From Thermoplasmata archaeon (lineage in GTDB: Archaea > Thermoplasmatota > Thermoplasmata > Lutacidiplasmatales > UBA184): 64,000 nt of DNA. The DNA is taken from NCBI GenBank assembly GCA_022750375.1, contig JAKIVU010000001.1:30695-94694 (forward strand), given 5' to 3'. Shown in pieces: positions 45,872 through 55,421 of this stretch (positions within the stretch are counted from its first letter, which is position 1; the number at the start of each line of letters is the position of its first letter). The notes under the pieces were generated by a model. The model did not search any database. It was given only the letters and a program-made list of their open reading frames with translations, and had not been told where the DNA came from. The position numbers were made by a program, and so were the translations under genes.

Positions 45872-46807
45872 ATGTCGGCAGAAACCGCCCACCCGCACGG
45901 GGTCACCAAGTCGGGAGAGATCGTCCGACTGGACTACGACCTCTGGGCCGAGGGCGGAGGGCGGACCGAGCTCGTCGATACGACCCATCAGGAGGTCGCG
46001 CAAGAGGCGAAAGTCTCGGTTCCCGAGGGCCAAAAGTGGGGCGCCCGCCCCCATCTGGTCGGCGGGGAGTACTTCCCGGGCGGGATCGAGGCGTCGCTCG
46101 TCGGCGTCAAGGTCGGGGAGGAGCTCGAACGCGAATACGCTCCGGCCGATGCGTTCGGGGAGCGGGACCCGAAACTGATCGAACTGTTCTCCATGCACGA
46201 GATCTCCCGCCTGCCCGAGATGCGACGGGAGGACGCCCACCTGGACATCGGTACGGTCCTGACGATCGAGGGGCGGCGCGGTCGCGTCGTGACCCTGACC
46301 GCCGCGCGTGTGCGCGTTGACTTCAACCCGGCCTTCGCCGGCCGGAAAGTTCGAGGGAAGTTCAAAGTCGTCGACCGGATCACCGAGCCCGCCGAACAGG
46401 TGCGCGCCATCCTCGAGCTACAGTACGGTCGCGGGGCCGAGTTCCAGATAGAGGCGAATGAGAAATCCATCACGCTCCAGATCCCGGACCGCTCCAAGTT
46501 CGACATCCAGTGGATGGCGGCCAAGCCGCGCGTCGTCGACCGGCTACGATCCCAGCTCCACCCTCAGACGATCCGGATCGTCGAGGAGTACGTGACCCCC
46601 TCCGAGAAGAAGGACGACAGCTCCAAACCGAAAGTGGCGGACGAGGAGAAGTCGGGGGGCCACGAGAGCCATAAGGCTCATGCGGCGACCAAGGCCGAAG
46701 GGAAGGACGAGAAGGCGTTGGAGCCGGCCGGTCACGAGGGCCATGGCCACACCCCGTCGAAGTCCGACACCAAGAGCGCCACTCCCCCCGCCGAGAAGGA
46801 ACCCTGA
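45872..46807 (+). CDS. FKBP-type peptidyl-prolyl cis-trans isomerase (SlyD-like long archaeal FKBP) with His/Lys/Glu-rich C-terminal tail
   Basis: The pattern LDYDLWAEGGG...LVDTT ... HLVGGEYFPGGIEASLVGVKVGEE has an IF-domain insertion. The tail is SGGHESHKAHAA...GHEGHGHTP. Confidence 0.75.
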   Translation: MSAETAHPHGVTKSGEIVRLDYDLWAEGGGRTELVDTTHQEVAQEAKVSVPEGQKWGARPHLVGGEYFPGGIEASLVGVKVGEELEREYAPADAFGERDPKLIELFSMHEISRLPEMRREDAHLDIGTVLTIEGRRGRVVTLTAARVRVDFNPAFAGRKVRGKFKVVDRITEPAEQVRAILELQYGRGAEFQIEANEKSITLQIPDRSKFDIQWMAAKPRVVDRLRSQLHPQTIRIVEEYVTPSEKKDDSSKPKVADEEKSGGHESHKAHAATKAEGKDEKALEPAGHEGHGHTPSKSDTKSATPPAEKEP

Positions 46808-46898
46808 AAAGGCCCGCCCTCCGAGGAGCCTGTCTCTCGGAACGGTTCCTACGGAACCAACGCGGAGGACTTGAACCACGCGGGATTCCGTCCGGGCG

Positions 46899-47024
46899 AT
46901 GACCGCCCCCGATACCCGGGTCTCCCCGACGTTCCTTGTCGTCACGTTCGGGGCGGCGATCGCGATCGGGGTGCTGATCGTCTACTTCGGAATCCACGGG
47001 CAGATCGGCGGACCGATCCCCTGA
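46899..47024 (+). CDS. Small single-TM peptide (41 aa)
   Basis: Hand-translated as MTAPDTRVSPTFLVVTFGAAIAIGVLIVYFGIHGQIGGPIP. It is not in the ORF track because it is under 60 aa. Confidence 0.3.
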   Translation: MTAPDTRVSPTFLVVTFGAAIAIGVLIVYFGIHGQIGGPIP

Positions 47025-47107
47025 CCGTCCCGGGACTCGTCCTACCCTAGGTCACTTAAACCGGCAGCGCGGTCGTGAGGGCCGTGAACGCAACTTCGGG
47101 CGCCCGC

Positions 47108-47215
47108 ATGGACAATGAGGGGGGCGGCACGAACGCGGGGTGGATCGCCGGCGTGATCGTGATCCTCGCCGTGCTCGCGATTGGCGGCGCGCTCTGGTTC
47201 ACGTTCCACCCGTAG
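47108..47215 (+). CDS. Small single-TM peptide (35 aa)
   Basis: Hand-translated as MDNEGGGTNAGWIAGVIVILAVLAIGGALWFTFHP. Confidence 0.3.
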   Translation: MDNEGGGTNAGWIAGVIVILAVLAIGGALWFTFHP

Positions 47216-47753
47216 CCGGCGGTGCGCGGGGCCGTCGATAGAAGTAGACGTCGGTTTCGGGGTCGTACACCTCGGGGGTCCACCCCTCGATCTTGTGGCA
47301 GTGGCTCACGACGCGAGCCCCCGCGGGGAGCTCGGCCTCGAGCTTCGGTCGGAGGCGGGCCATCGCGCCGGGCCAGAGAAAAGCGGTGACGACCGTCGCC
47401 TCCCGAAAATCGAGGTCGAAGAGATTTCCCCAGCGGATCGTGATCCGGTCGGCGAACGGCCCGGACCGGCGACGAAGTCGTAGGATCGCGACCCGGATCG
47501 GCTCGACCTCCACTCCTACGACGCGCGCCCGGTAGATCCGGGCCGCCCGGAACACGATCGCCCCCGTGCCCGCGCCGAGGTCGTAGAGGGTGTCCTGGGG
47601 TCCGACCTCCGCGAGCCGGAGCATCGTGAGCACCGAGCTGCGAGGGGTCGGTTGATACCCCGCGCCGTAGGCGAACGAGGCGAAGACGAAGTACGCGATG
47701 ACCGCGATACCGACGAGGATCAATCCGAAGAGGAGCAGGGGGTCGAAGGCCAT
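47199..47753 (-). CDS. Class I SAM-dependent methyltransferase with N-terminal TM anchor
   Basis: The N-terminal TM is LLFGLILVGIAVIAYFVF. Motif I is LYDLGAGTGAIVF. Confidence 0.6.
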   Translation of the reverse strand: MAFDPLLLFGLILVGIAVIAYFVFASFAYGAGYQPTPRSSVLTMLRLAEVGPQDTLYDLGAGTGAIVFRAARIYRARVVGVEVEPIRVAILRLRRRSGPFADRITIRWGNLFDLDFREATVVTAFLWPGAMARLRPKLEAELPAGARVVSHCHKIEGWTPEVYDPETDVYFYRRPRAPPATGGT

Positions 47754-47759
47754 GCGGTC

Positions 47760-48725
47760 CTACCGTCGGAACGCAGAGCCACGTTCGAGGCGCTCCGCAG
47801 CCTCCCGAGGGTCGATCTTCCGGGAGACCACGTCGTCCACGACCTTCCTCAGGTCGGGGTCGCGATCCAGGCGCACCGAGAGCTCGCGACCGACCCGCTC
47901 CCGCACCAACTCGACGATCTCGGCGGAGAGCCTCCGTCGTTCCTCGATCCCTCGTTGGCCGGAGCTGTCGAGGAATCGCTCGTGGGTTTCCACGGCGGTC
48001 CAGAGCGCCTCGACGCCGGACGGTTGCGTCGTCGAGGTCGAAACCACAAGGGGAGTCCACCCGGAACGTCCCGCGCCGAGTCCCACCAGCTCCGAGAGGT
48101 CCTTCCGTGCGAGGTCCGCGCCGGGGAGGTCGGCTTTGTTCACGCAGAACACATCGGCGATCTCGAAAAGGCCGGCTTTCAGCGTCTGCACTTCGTCTCC
48201 CAAGTGGGGCACGAGCACGACCACGCTCGTCGACGCGATGTCGCGGATCGCGATATCCACCTGGCCGCTGCCCACCGTCTCGACGAGCACCACGTCGAAT
48301 CCGGCCGCATCCATGAGCCGGGCGACCTCGCGCGTGGCGGCGGCGACCCCTCCGGCTTCCCCCCGACTCGCCATGGACCGGAAGAATACGCCGGCGTCGT
48401 CTGCCCGTCGCTCGAATCGGATCCGGTCCCCGAGCACCGAGCCCCCGGAGAAGGGGCTCGACGGGTCGACGGCGACCACGCCCACCGAACGGTCGAGTTC
48501 GCGTAAGCGCGCGACGATCAGGTTGATCAGGCTCGATTTGCCCACCCCGAGGGGGCCGGTGATCCCGATGATCGGGGTCCCGCCGGTTTTCGGGTAGAGG
48601 GCGCGGGAGATCGCAGCGACCTTCGGGTCGCGATTCTCCACCTGGGAGATGACGCGGGCGAGCGCACGACGGTCCCCGTCGAGGATCGCCCGCGCTGCGG
48701 GCGGCATCCGGGCCGCGCGCGTCAT
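47760..48725 (-). CDS. meaB: Methylmalonyl-CoA mutase-associated GTPase MeaB (ArgK family)
   Basis: The P-loop is [12 protein letters not shown], followed by the switch region [17 protein letters not shown] and NKAD. Confidence 0.85.
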   Translation of the reverse strand: MTRAARMPPAARAILDGDRRALARVISQVENRDPKVAAISRALYPKTGGTPIIGITGPLGVGKSSLINLIVARLRELDRSVGVVAVDPSSPFSGGSVLGDRIRFERRADDAGVFFRSMASRGEAGGVAAATREVARLMDAAGFDVVLVETVGSGQVDIAIRDIASTSVVVLVPHLGDEVQTLKAGLFEIADVFCVNKADLPGADLARKDLSELVGLGAGRSGWTPLVVSTSTTQPSGVEALWTAVETHERFLDSSGQRGIEERRRLSAEIVELVRERVGRELSVRLDRDPDLRKVVDDVVSRKIDPREAAERLERGSAFRR

Positions 48726-49138
48726 GCCGCGCTGCGCGCGAGCCTCTGCGCGGTCGTGACGATCTCCTGGAGCGTGGTGCCCGGACCGAAGATGGCGCGG
48801 ATACCGGCCTTCTTCAACCGCCGGGCATCTTCGTCGGGGATGATCCCTCCGGCGAAGACTGGGATGTCCCCGGCCTTCTCCTTCTTCAGCAACGCGAGGA
48901 CCTTCGGGAAGAGCGCCATGTGGGCCCCCGAGAGGATCGAGAGTCCGATCAGGTCGACGTCCTCCTCGAGCGCCGCGCGGACGATCTCCTCGGGCGTCTG
49001 CCGCAAGCCCGCGTAGATGACCTCGAATCCGGCGTCGCGAAGTGCCCGGGCGACGACCTTGGCCCCCCGGTCGTGTCCGTCCAGACCGGGCTTCGCGATG
49101 AGGACCCGAATCGGCGCAGCCTTCGAAGTGCGGTTCAT
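48722..49138 (-). CDS. Methylmalonyl-CoA mutase small subunit (cobalamin-binding domain)
   Basis: The B12 motif is [23 protein letters not shown] (DxHxxG). The size is 138 aa. ATGA overlap with meaB. Confidence 0.85.
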   Translation of the reverse strand: MNRTSKAAPIRVLIAKPGLDGHDRGAKVVARALRDAGFEVIYAGLRQTPEEIVRAALEEDVDLIGLSILSGAHMALFPKVLALLKKEKAGDIPVFAGGIIPDEDARRLKKAGIRAIFGPGTTLQEIVTTAQRLARSAA

Positions 49139-49223
49139 CGACCCAGCTCCGTAAACCGACCGGGCCCGTGGAAAAAAGCTTTGGTGTTGGTCCGCTGGGC
49201 CCGGCTCTTGCTCGGATGACTCA

Positions 49224-50105
49224 TCACAGATGCACGAGGAGGTCGAGCACGAGGTTCCCGGCGAGGAGCGCGGTGACCGAGCCGGCCGCCATCAGTACGA
49301 GGAACGGGATCTGCGGGGTGACCCAAACCCGGTCCACTCCCTTCGCTTCCAGCTCGTGAGCGACTCGAATGCGCTCCTGACGATCCTCTTCTGACGTCTC
49401 GGCGGCCGGGGTATCGTCGTCGCCGCCGCTCAGCGGGTCCTTCAGCCAGACAAAGCTGTCGGGCAGCTCGCGCACCGGGATCATGTACCCGGAGAACCCA
49501 CGGGGGAATCGAAACTCCCCCCGCACGACGTTCCGGATCCCGATGGCGACCGGGATGACGACGGAGATCAGGGCGGCGTCCATGAGGAGGTTGATCGAAA
49601 AGGGCAGGACCGTCAGCAAGGTCGCGACCTCCGCCGACTGGGGCAGCAGCGGCGAGGCGAATACCGGGACGAGCACCCCGGCGATCATCAGGGCCTTCGC
49701 GTCGGCTCCTCCGTACAACACCCCGAGTTCGAACAGCGCCCGCGCGAAGAGGACCGTCAGCAGCAGCGCGAGGACCGGCACGGGGACCTGGTCGGCGCCC
49801 ACTCCGACCCGCCACACGGCGACGCCGACGAGCAGGATGGCCGCGAGATACCCCACACCCTCGATCGGGTCGGCGTATCGGGCGACCGCCGCGCCGAGCA
49901 CGTCGTCCCAAGGGAAGAGATGCTGCAGTGTGAAGAGCCCGACCACGACCCACAGGAGCACCGGGACCCAGCCACTCGGCGCGACGGAGACCGCTCCCAG
50001 GAGCACACCGACTCCACCCATGAGTTGCCAGAGGCGGTCGGTGACCTCCCGGTCGCGCAGGTCGGCAAACCCCGCATACGCAAACCCTGCCAGGAGGACG
50101 ATCAC
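49224..50105 (-). CDS. A24 family aspartic peptidase (prepilin/preflagellin peptidase, FlaK/PibD-like)
   Basis: The polytopic membrane protein has the first Asp motif [10 protein letters not shown] and the second GGADAK ([14 protein letters not shown]). Confidence 0.55.
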   Translation of the reverse strand: MIVLLAGFAYAGFADLRDREVTDRLWQLMGGVGVLLGAVSVAPSGWVPVLLWVVVGLFTLQHLFPWDDVLGAAVARYADPIEGVGYLAAILLVGVAVWRVGVGADQVPVPVLALLLTVLFARALFELGVLYGGADAKALMIAGVLVPVFASPLLPQSAEVATLLTVLPFSINLLMDAALISVVIPVAIGIRNVVRGEFRFPRGFSGYMIPVRELPDSFVWLKDPLSGGDDDTPAAETSEEDRQERIRVAHELEAKGVDRVWVTPQIPFLVLMAAGSVTALLAGNLVLDLLVHL

Positions 50106-50259
50106 GTCGACGATGAGGAGCGCCTCCTCGACGCTCGTCAGTAACGTGCACCCCCCGTCGGTCGTTGCGACGGTGAGCCCTCCTCTTAAGGGCGAGGCCC
50201 GGCGAGAACGTCGGGAGGCTCCGCCGTGCTTTTCTAACCTCGTCCGCTAGTAGGCTGCG

Positions 50260-51180
50260 ATGAGTTCCGCCGGACCGCCGATCGTCCATTCTGCCTCCCC
50301 GTCCGACGCTCCGTCGGGACCTTCCCACCCGCCCTCGCTCCGCGGATGGCTCGTTCCGGTCGTGGTCGTCGCCGTCATCGCCCTCGTGGTCCTCGCCGCG
50401 TTGTTCGCGACGGGTACGATCCGGCTCGGAGCGTCGAACTCATCGAACCCGACGTACGAGACCTTCTCCCAGGCGCAATCTGTCGCCGACGGCGGCGCCG
50501 GTTCGGTCGCGGGCGGACCCTGGTTCGCCGAAGTCGGTGTGGGGGTCGCCACTCCTACCGCAGTGCTGGAACCGACGACCAATCTCTCGGGACTGTTTCA
50601 GGACCTCAACTGTTCCTTCGACTGGCCCACGGGCGAGCCCGCGAACCTGGAAGTACCCGCGACCCCCGCTTCGGCCTCCATCGGGACCGCGGCGTTCTGG
50701 GCGTTCGGCCTGAAGAATACCTCGAATGGCCTCCTCGTCGAGACCGTCTCGGACGGAGTCTCCACGGCCCTCCTCGAAGCATCGGGCGCGAAGTGCGCGG
50801 AGGGGGTCGGCTCGATCGCCCAATTCAGTTCGGCCATCATCGACTCTCCGACGATCGTCGCGACGGCGAACCAGGCCGGAGGGTCCGCGTTCCTCCTGGC
50901 CCACCCGAACTCGACGATGGTATGGGGCGTGTTCGGCGGCTTCCAACTCGGTCTCTTCGGGAGCACGAGTCCTGAGTGGGGCGTCGAGTACACTTCGTGT
51001 GTGCTGCCCTTATCTGCGGGCGAGACCGGAGATTCGTTCAACGCAACGATCGGTGGGACCTCGGGTGCCCTGCTGAGTTCGGCGACAGGAGCCACGAACT
51101 GCGATCTGACACTACCGAGCGGACTCGGCGTGACACTGCTCGCCCACACCTCGGCGGCGGGCGCCCGAAAAGCTATTTAA
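50260..51180 (+). CDS. Membrane-anchored extracellular protein, hypothetical, with many N-glycosylation sequons
   Basis: A Pro/Ser-rich cytoplasmic N-terminus is followed by one TM (LVPVVVVAVIALVVLAALFATG) and a Gly/Ser/Thr/Ala-rich ectodomain with NSS, NLS, NCS, NTS, NST, NAT sequons. Confidence 0.5.
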   Translation: MSSAGPPIVHSASPSDAPSGPSHPPSLRGWLVPVVVVAVIALVVLAALFATGTIRLGASNSSNPTYETFSQAQSVADGGAGSVAGGPWFAEVGVGVATPTAVLEPTTNLSGLFQDLNCSFDWPTGEPANLEVPATPASASIGTAAFWAFGLKNTSNGLLVETVSDGVSTALLEASGAKCAEGVGSIAQFSSAIIDSPTIVATANQAGGSAFLLAHPNSTMVWGVFGGFQLGLFGSTSPEWGVEYTSCVLPLSAGETGDSFNATIGGTSGALLSSATGATNCDLTLPSGLGVTLLAHTSAAGARKAI

Positions 51181-51185
51181 ATAGC
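51172..51185. promoter_or_regulatory. Perfect 14-bp palindrome GCTATTTAAATAGC overlapping the upstream stop codon and carrying a TATA-like core before rps6e
   Basis: Read directly from the sequence. It lies 33 nt upstream of the S6e ATG. Confidence 0.4.
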
Positions 51186-51217
51186 CTCCAACTGCGCGCC
51201 CGCACCCTAGGGGTTTC

Positions 51218-51595
51218 ATGGTCGAGTACAAGCTCGTCATCTCCGAACGCGAGACGTCGATCGCCCGCACGGTCGGCGACCCGCAGGCCGCCGGTTTCTT
51301 GGGCAAGCGGATCGGCGAAACGATCGGAGGCGAGCTGATCGGTGCGACGGGCTACACGTTCCGGATCACCGGAGGGACCGACAAGAGCGGTTTCCCTCTC
51401 CGCCCGGACCTACCGGGGGCGCGCCAGACCCGCCTGTACGTCGGGGAAGGCTTTGGATTCCACGCCCCGCGCGCGGGGATGCGGCGACGTCGAACGTTCC
51501 GCGGCAACACGGTCAGCGAAGACACCGTCCAGATCAACCTGATCGTGGAGCAGAAAGGCGGGAAACCGCTCGCGGAGCTTCTCGCCGCTTCATGA
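51218..51595 (+). CDS. rps6e: 30S ribosomal protein S6e
   Basis: MVEYKLVISERETSIARTVGDPQAAGFLGKRIGETIGGELIGATGYTFRITGGTDKSGFPL matches S6e. Confidence 0.9.
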   Translation: MVEYKLVISERETSIARTVGDPQAAGFLGKRIGETIGGELIGATGYTFRITGGTDKSGFPLRPDLPGARQTRLYVGEGFGFHAPRAGMRRRRTFRGNTVSEDTVQINLIVEQKGGKPLAELLAAS

Positions 51596-52827
51596 AGGTC
51601 CCACGACAGCCCGAGGTCAACATCGGTCTCGTGGGCCACGTCGACCACGGGAAGACGACCCTCACGCAAGCGCTGACCGGGGAATGGACCGACCGCCACT
51701 CCGAGGAACTGAAGCGCGGCATCTCGATCAAGCTCGGCTACGCAGACGCGGCGTTCTATTCTTGCCCTAAGCTCCCACCGCCGTCGAACTACACGACCGA
51801 GCCGGTCTGTCCCGACGACGGAGGCGACGCGAAGTTCGTCCGCTCGGTCTCGTTCGTGGATGCCCCGGGCCACGAGACGCTCATGGAGACGATGCTCTCG
51901 GGCGCCGCGATCATGGACGGGGCGTTGCTGCTCGTGGCGGCGAACGAGAAGGTTCCCCAACCCCAGACTCGGGAGCACCTCTATGCCCTCGACATCATCG
52001 GCGTCCGGAAGGTCGTCGTCGTCCAGAACAAGATCGACCTGATCACACCCGAGGCGGCGGAGACGAACTATCGCGAGATCGTGGAGTTTCTCAAGAGTTC
52101 GCCGATCTCGGAAGCCCCGATCATTCCGATCAGTGCGAACCACCGTGTCAACATCGACGCGCTCATCGGGGCGATTGAAGAAACGATCCCCACTCCGGTC
52201 CGAGACACCTCCAAACCCCCCCTCATGTACGTCGCGCGCTCGTTCGACATCAATCGCCCGGGGACGCGGCCCCGCGACCTGCAGGGAGGAGTCCTTGGGG
52301 GTTCGCTGATCCAAGGAAAGATCTCCCTCGGGGAGGAGATCGAGATCCGCCCGGGACCGAGCGGCGCCACGGAGGGACGGGCCGAGTCGTTGACGACCAA
52401 GGTAACCTCCATCATCTCCGGCGGCCGGGAGTGGAAGGAGTTGCGGCCGGGCGGGCTCGCCGCGATCGGAACGGACCTCGACCCCGCGCTCGCGAAGGGG
52501 GACGGCCTCACCGGCCGCCTCGTCGGAACCGCGGGGACGCTTCCCCCGGTGAGCCAGAAGATCCGGCTCAAGGCGACGTTGCTCGACCGGGTCCTCGGCG
52601 CACAACGCGAGATCAAGGTCGAGAAGATCCGCACCAGCGAGATGCTCGCGGTCACGGTCGGCACGACCGTCGCGAGCGGAAAGGTGACGAGCGCCCGCGG
52701 GAACGAGGTCGAACTTTCCCTCAATCGGTCGGTCACGGTCTTCCCGGGGAGCCGCGTCGCGATCTCACGGAAACTGAACGCCTGGCGACTGATCGGCTAC
52801 GGCATCGTCGAGGGAGGCGCGAAGTGA
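51592..52827 (+). CDS. eif2g: Translation initiation factor 2 gamma subunit (aIF2-gamma)
   Basis: The G1 motif is GHVDHGKTT, the zinc knuckle is CPKLPPPSNYTTEPVCP, and DAPGH and NKID are present. Confidence 0.9.
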   Translation: MKVPRQPEVNIGLVGHVDHGKTTLTQALTGEWTDRHSEELKRGISIKLGYADAAFYSCPKLPPPSNYTTEPVCPDDGGDAKFVRSVSFVDAPGHETLMETMLSGAAIMDGALLLVAANEKVPQPQTREHLYALDIIGVRKVVVVQNKIDLITPEAAETNYREIVEFLKSSPISEAPIIPISANHRVNIDALIGAIEETIPTPVRDTSKPPLMYVARSFDINRPGTRPRDLQGGVLGGSLIQGKISLGEEIEIRPGPSGATEGRAESLTTKVTSIISGGREWKELRPGGLAAIGTDLDPALAKGDGLTGRLVGTAGTLPPVSQKIRLKATLLDRVLGAQREIKVEKIRTSEMLAVTVGTTVASGKVTSARGNEVELSLNRSVTVFPGSRVAISRKLNAWRLIGYGIVEGGAK

Positions 52828-53006
52828 GGCCGGACCTCTTGGAGATCCTGCGTTGCCCGGTCTGCCGGGGCGAACTGGGACTCGTCCAGCGACGCACGGA
52901 CGGGGGCGAGATCCTGGAAGGCACCCTCACCTGCGCGAGGTGTAAGGTCGACTATCCGATTCAGGATGGCATCCCGGACCTGTTGCCTCCGGACGAGCGC
53001 GACTGA
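52824..53006 (+). CDS. Trm112-like small zinc-ribbon protein (DUF343)
   Basis: The GTG start overlaps the aIF2g stop. LEILRCPVCRGELG ... LTCARCKVDYPIQDGIPDLL matches the Trm112/DUF343 pattern. Confidence 0.6.
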   Translation: MRPDLLEILRCPVCRGELGLVQRRTDGGEILEGTLTCARCKVDYPIQDGIPDLLPPDERD

Positions 53007-53105
53007 CGGACCCCCGCTCCTCCGCGTCCCGAGCGGCCACCGCCCGCGAGATAGGTCTACCCTTCGAGCCGAAGGGTTAAGCAGGGCCGGGCCGAACGGC
53101 GCCCG

Positions 53106-54443
53106 ATGGCCAGTCGACGGGACTCGGATGACCCGTCCCCCGACACGGACGACGAGGAAGCTTCCGAGAAGGAGTCTCCTCGTTCCCATCGGTCCGAGCG
53201 GCGCCCTTCCGCGCGGCCCGCGCGCCGGCGAGCGCCCGTACGCCGCTGGCGTGCGTCGGACGACAGCGAGGAGGATGAGAACGAGGCCGAGCTGGAGCCG
53301 CCCACAAAGCCCCGAGGGTTCTTTCATCGGGAACCCCGACCCGTATACTGGCGAGCCCGAGATTCGCTCTACTTCGAGCCGTTGGTCGCGGTCGCGATCA
53401 TCGTCGTGCTGCTCGTCGGATTGTACGCGTACACCCAGAACTGGCCCCCGGCGTACGTCGTCGAATCTGCTAGCATGCAACACGGCTCCTCGGACGTGAT
53501 CGGCGTGATCAACACGGGAGACCTCGTCCTCGCCCAGCGACTTCCGACGAACCAGATCACTCCCTACGTGGTGGGCGCCCAAACCGGTTACTCCACATAC
53601 GGCGAGTACGGGGACGTGATCCTCTACTCGGCGAATGGTCAGGGTTCGACCCCCATCATCCACCGGGCGATCCTGTTCTTGGAGTGGGACCCAGTGACGA
53701 CCTCGTACAATGCGACGGACCTCTCCGGCCTGCGTTGCGGAAATGCCACGGGCGCCGTGTACTCGACGCCCGGCACGCTGCACGATTGCGGTCTCACCGG
53801 CCTCACGGGCACGCTTGACCTCTACCGGATCGGGTGGCAGTCGGTCGACGTGAGCATCGACCTCGCCTCCTCCGGTCTCGGTCGACACTCCGGTTTCGTC
53901 ACCATGGGAGACAACAACTTCGTTCCGGTCGGATGCGTCACCGGATGCACCGGCCTCCCCGACCAGGAGACCGGCCTCAGCCCGCTGGTCGAGCCCGGAT
54001 GGATCGTCGGCGTCGCGCGGGGCATGCTTCCGTGGTTTGGTGCCGTGAAATTGTTGCTCGAAGGCAACGCCGGGAGCGTCCCGACCCAATCATGGCAATT
54101 CCTCGGACTCACGGTGATCGGCTTGATCCTTCTCGCTTTCGGAGTCCATTACGCCCTGCGGGCCGAGGGGATCGAGGACGAACGTCGTAAGGACGAGGAG
54201 GCGGCCGCAGCCGATGAGGCCGCCGCGGCACCGGAGAGCCGCGGCCGTCGGTTCCTCCGGGCGATCCGGCCTTGGGGCCGGGATGAGGAGGAAGACGAAG
54301 AGGACGAGGGACCACCCCCACCCCGCAAGCACGTGGCGAAGGGTCGCTCGAGGGACCACCGCCGGGGACGCCCTTCCCCGCGGGTCCGTCGCGACGAGAA
54401 GGCGAAACCGAAGGACCGGGCCCCAGAGGACGACGACCTCTGA
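53106..54443 (+). CDS. Signal peptidase I, Sec11/S26B-like, with long charged low-complexity N- and C-terminal cytoplasmic tails
   Basis: A TM helix is followed by VVESASMQHGSSD (Ser nucleophile box) and IIHRAILF (catalytic His). A second TM lies near residue 340. The tails are rich in D/E/R/S/P. Confidence 0.55.
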   Translation: MASRRDSDDPSPDTDDEEASEKESPRSHRSERRPSARPARRRAPVRRWRASDDSEEDENEAELEPPTKPRGFFHREPRPVYWRARDSLYFEPLVAVAIIVVLLVGLYAYTQNWPPAYVVESASMQHGSSDVIGVINTGDLVLAQRLPTNQITPYVVGAQTGYSTYGEYGDVILYSANGQGSTPIIHRAILFLEWDPVTTSYNATDLSGLRCGNATGAVYSTPGTLHDCGLTGLTGTLDLYRIGWQSVDVSIDLASSGLGRHSGFVTMGDNNFVPVGCVTGCTGLPDQETGLSPLVEPGWIVGVARGMLPWFGAVKLLLEGNAGSVPTQSWQFLGLTVIGLILLAFGVHYALRAEGIEDERRKDEEAAAADEAAAAPESRGRRFLRAIRPWGRDEEEDEEDEGPPPPRKHVAKGRSRDHRRGRPSPRVRRDEKAKPKDRAPEDDDL

Positions 54444-54530
54444 GTCGCCGGATCCGGCGGGGCCGTCGGCCCCGGCGCCTTCGCAAGCTTTTAGTGTCAA
54501 ATCGGGTCCGGCCCCCGAGGCTTAGGTCGG

Positions 54531-55406
54531 ATGCACGTTATTGGCGGTACCGCGTCGACCTCGCTCGCCGAGCGGATCTCTCGCGAGCTCGGGAACGCCC
54601 CGTTCGCCATCCCGTTCACCAAACGGTTTCCCGACGGGGAGATGTACGTCCGCGTTGGGGGTCGATTCGAGGGCGAGGATGTGGTCGTGGTGCAATCGAC
54701 ACGCACCGACCAGGACCTCGTCGAGCTCTTGCTCCTCGAGGATGCCGTGCGCGAGGCGGGCGCCCGGCGCGTCTTCGTGGTCGTGCCGTATCTCGGCTAT
54801 GCGCGACAAGACCGCCGATTCTTTCCGGGCGAGCCGGTCAGCGCCCGCACGTTCTGTCGTCACCTCGAACTGGATGCGGATGTGGTCGTGACCGTCGACC
54901 TCCATTCGAGCCAGACGCTCACCCACTTTTCGAAGCCCGCGTTCGAGGCCAGCGGGATCCCGGCAATCGCGCGGCTGCTCCGCGAGCGGCCGATCGACCT
55001 GCTCGTCTCTCCCGACCAAGGCGGCGTCGACCGGGCGCGCCGCATGGCCCAACTCCTCGACAAACCATGGTTCGCCCTGCAGAAGAAGCGGCTGGACAGT
55101 GAGCACGTCGAACTTTCGCTCCCGAGCACGCTCCCGGTGGCGATCGAAGGCAAGCAGGTGGTCATCGTCGACGACGTGATCTCGACCGGCGGCACGATCG
55201 TCGAAGCTGCGAAGCTCCTCAAGAAACGGAACGTCGCCGGGATCAGCGCGGCCTGCACGCACGGCCTGTTCTTGCGCGACGCGTTCGAGCGCATCAAGGC
55301 CGTCGCCGACGAGGTCTACTCGACCGACACCCTCGGCAACCCGGCCGAGAAGGCATCGGTCGCGCCCGATATCGCGCAGATCCTCCTGCGCGAGTCGTCC
55401 GCGTAG
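54531..55406 (+). CDS. prs: Ribose-phosphate pyrophosphokinase (PRPP synthetase)
   Basis: RFPDGEMYVRV is present. The PRPP-binding loop is VVIVDDVISTGGT. Confidence 0.9.
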   Translation: MHVIGGTASTSLAERISRELGNAPFAIPFTKRFPDGEMYVRVGGRFEGEDVVVVQSTRTDQDLVELLLLEDAVREAGARRVFVVVPYLGYARQDRRFFPGEPVSARTFCRHLELDADVVVTVDLHSSQTLTHFSKPAFEASGIPAIARLLRERPIDLLVSPDQGGVDRARRMAQLLDKPWFALQKKRLDSEHVELSLPSTLPVAIEGKQVVIVDDVISTGGTIVEAAKLLKKRNVAGISAACTHGLFLRDAFERIKAVADEVYSTDTLGNPAEKASVAPDIAQILLRESSA

Positions 55407-55421
55407 GAAAGGAGCGGGCCG

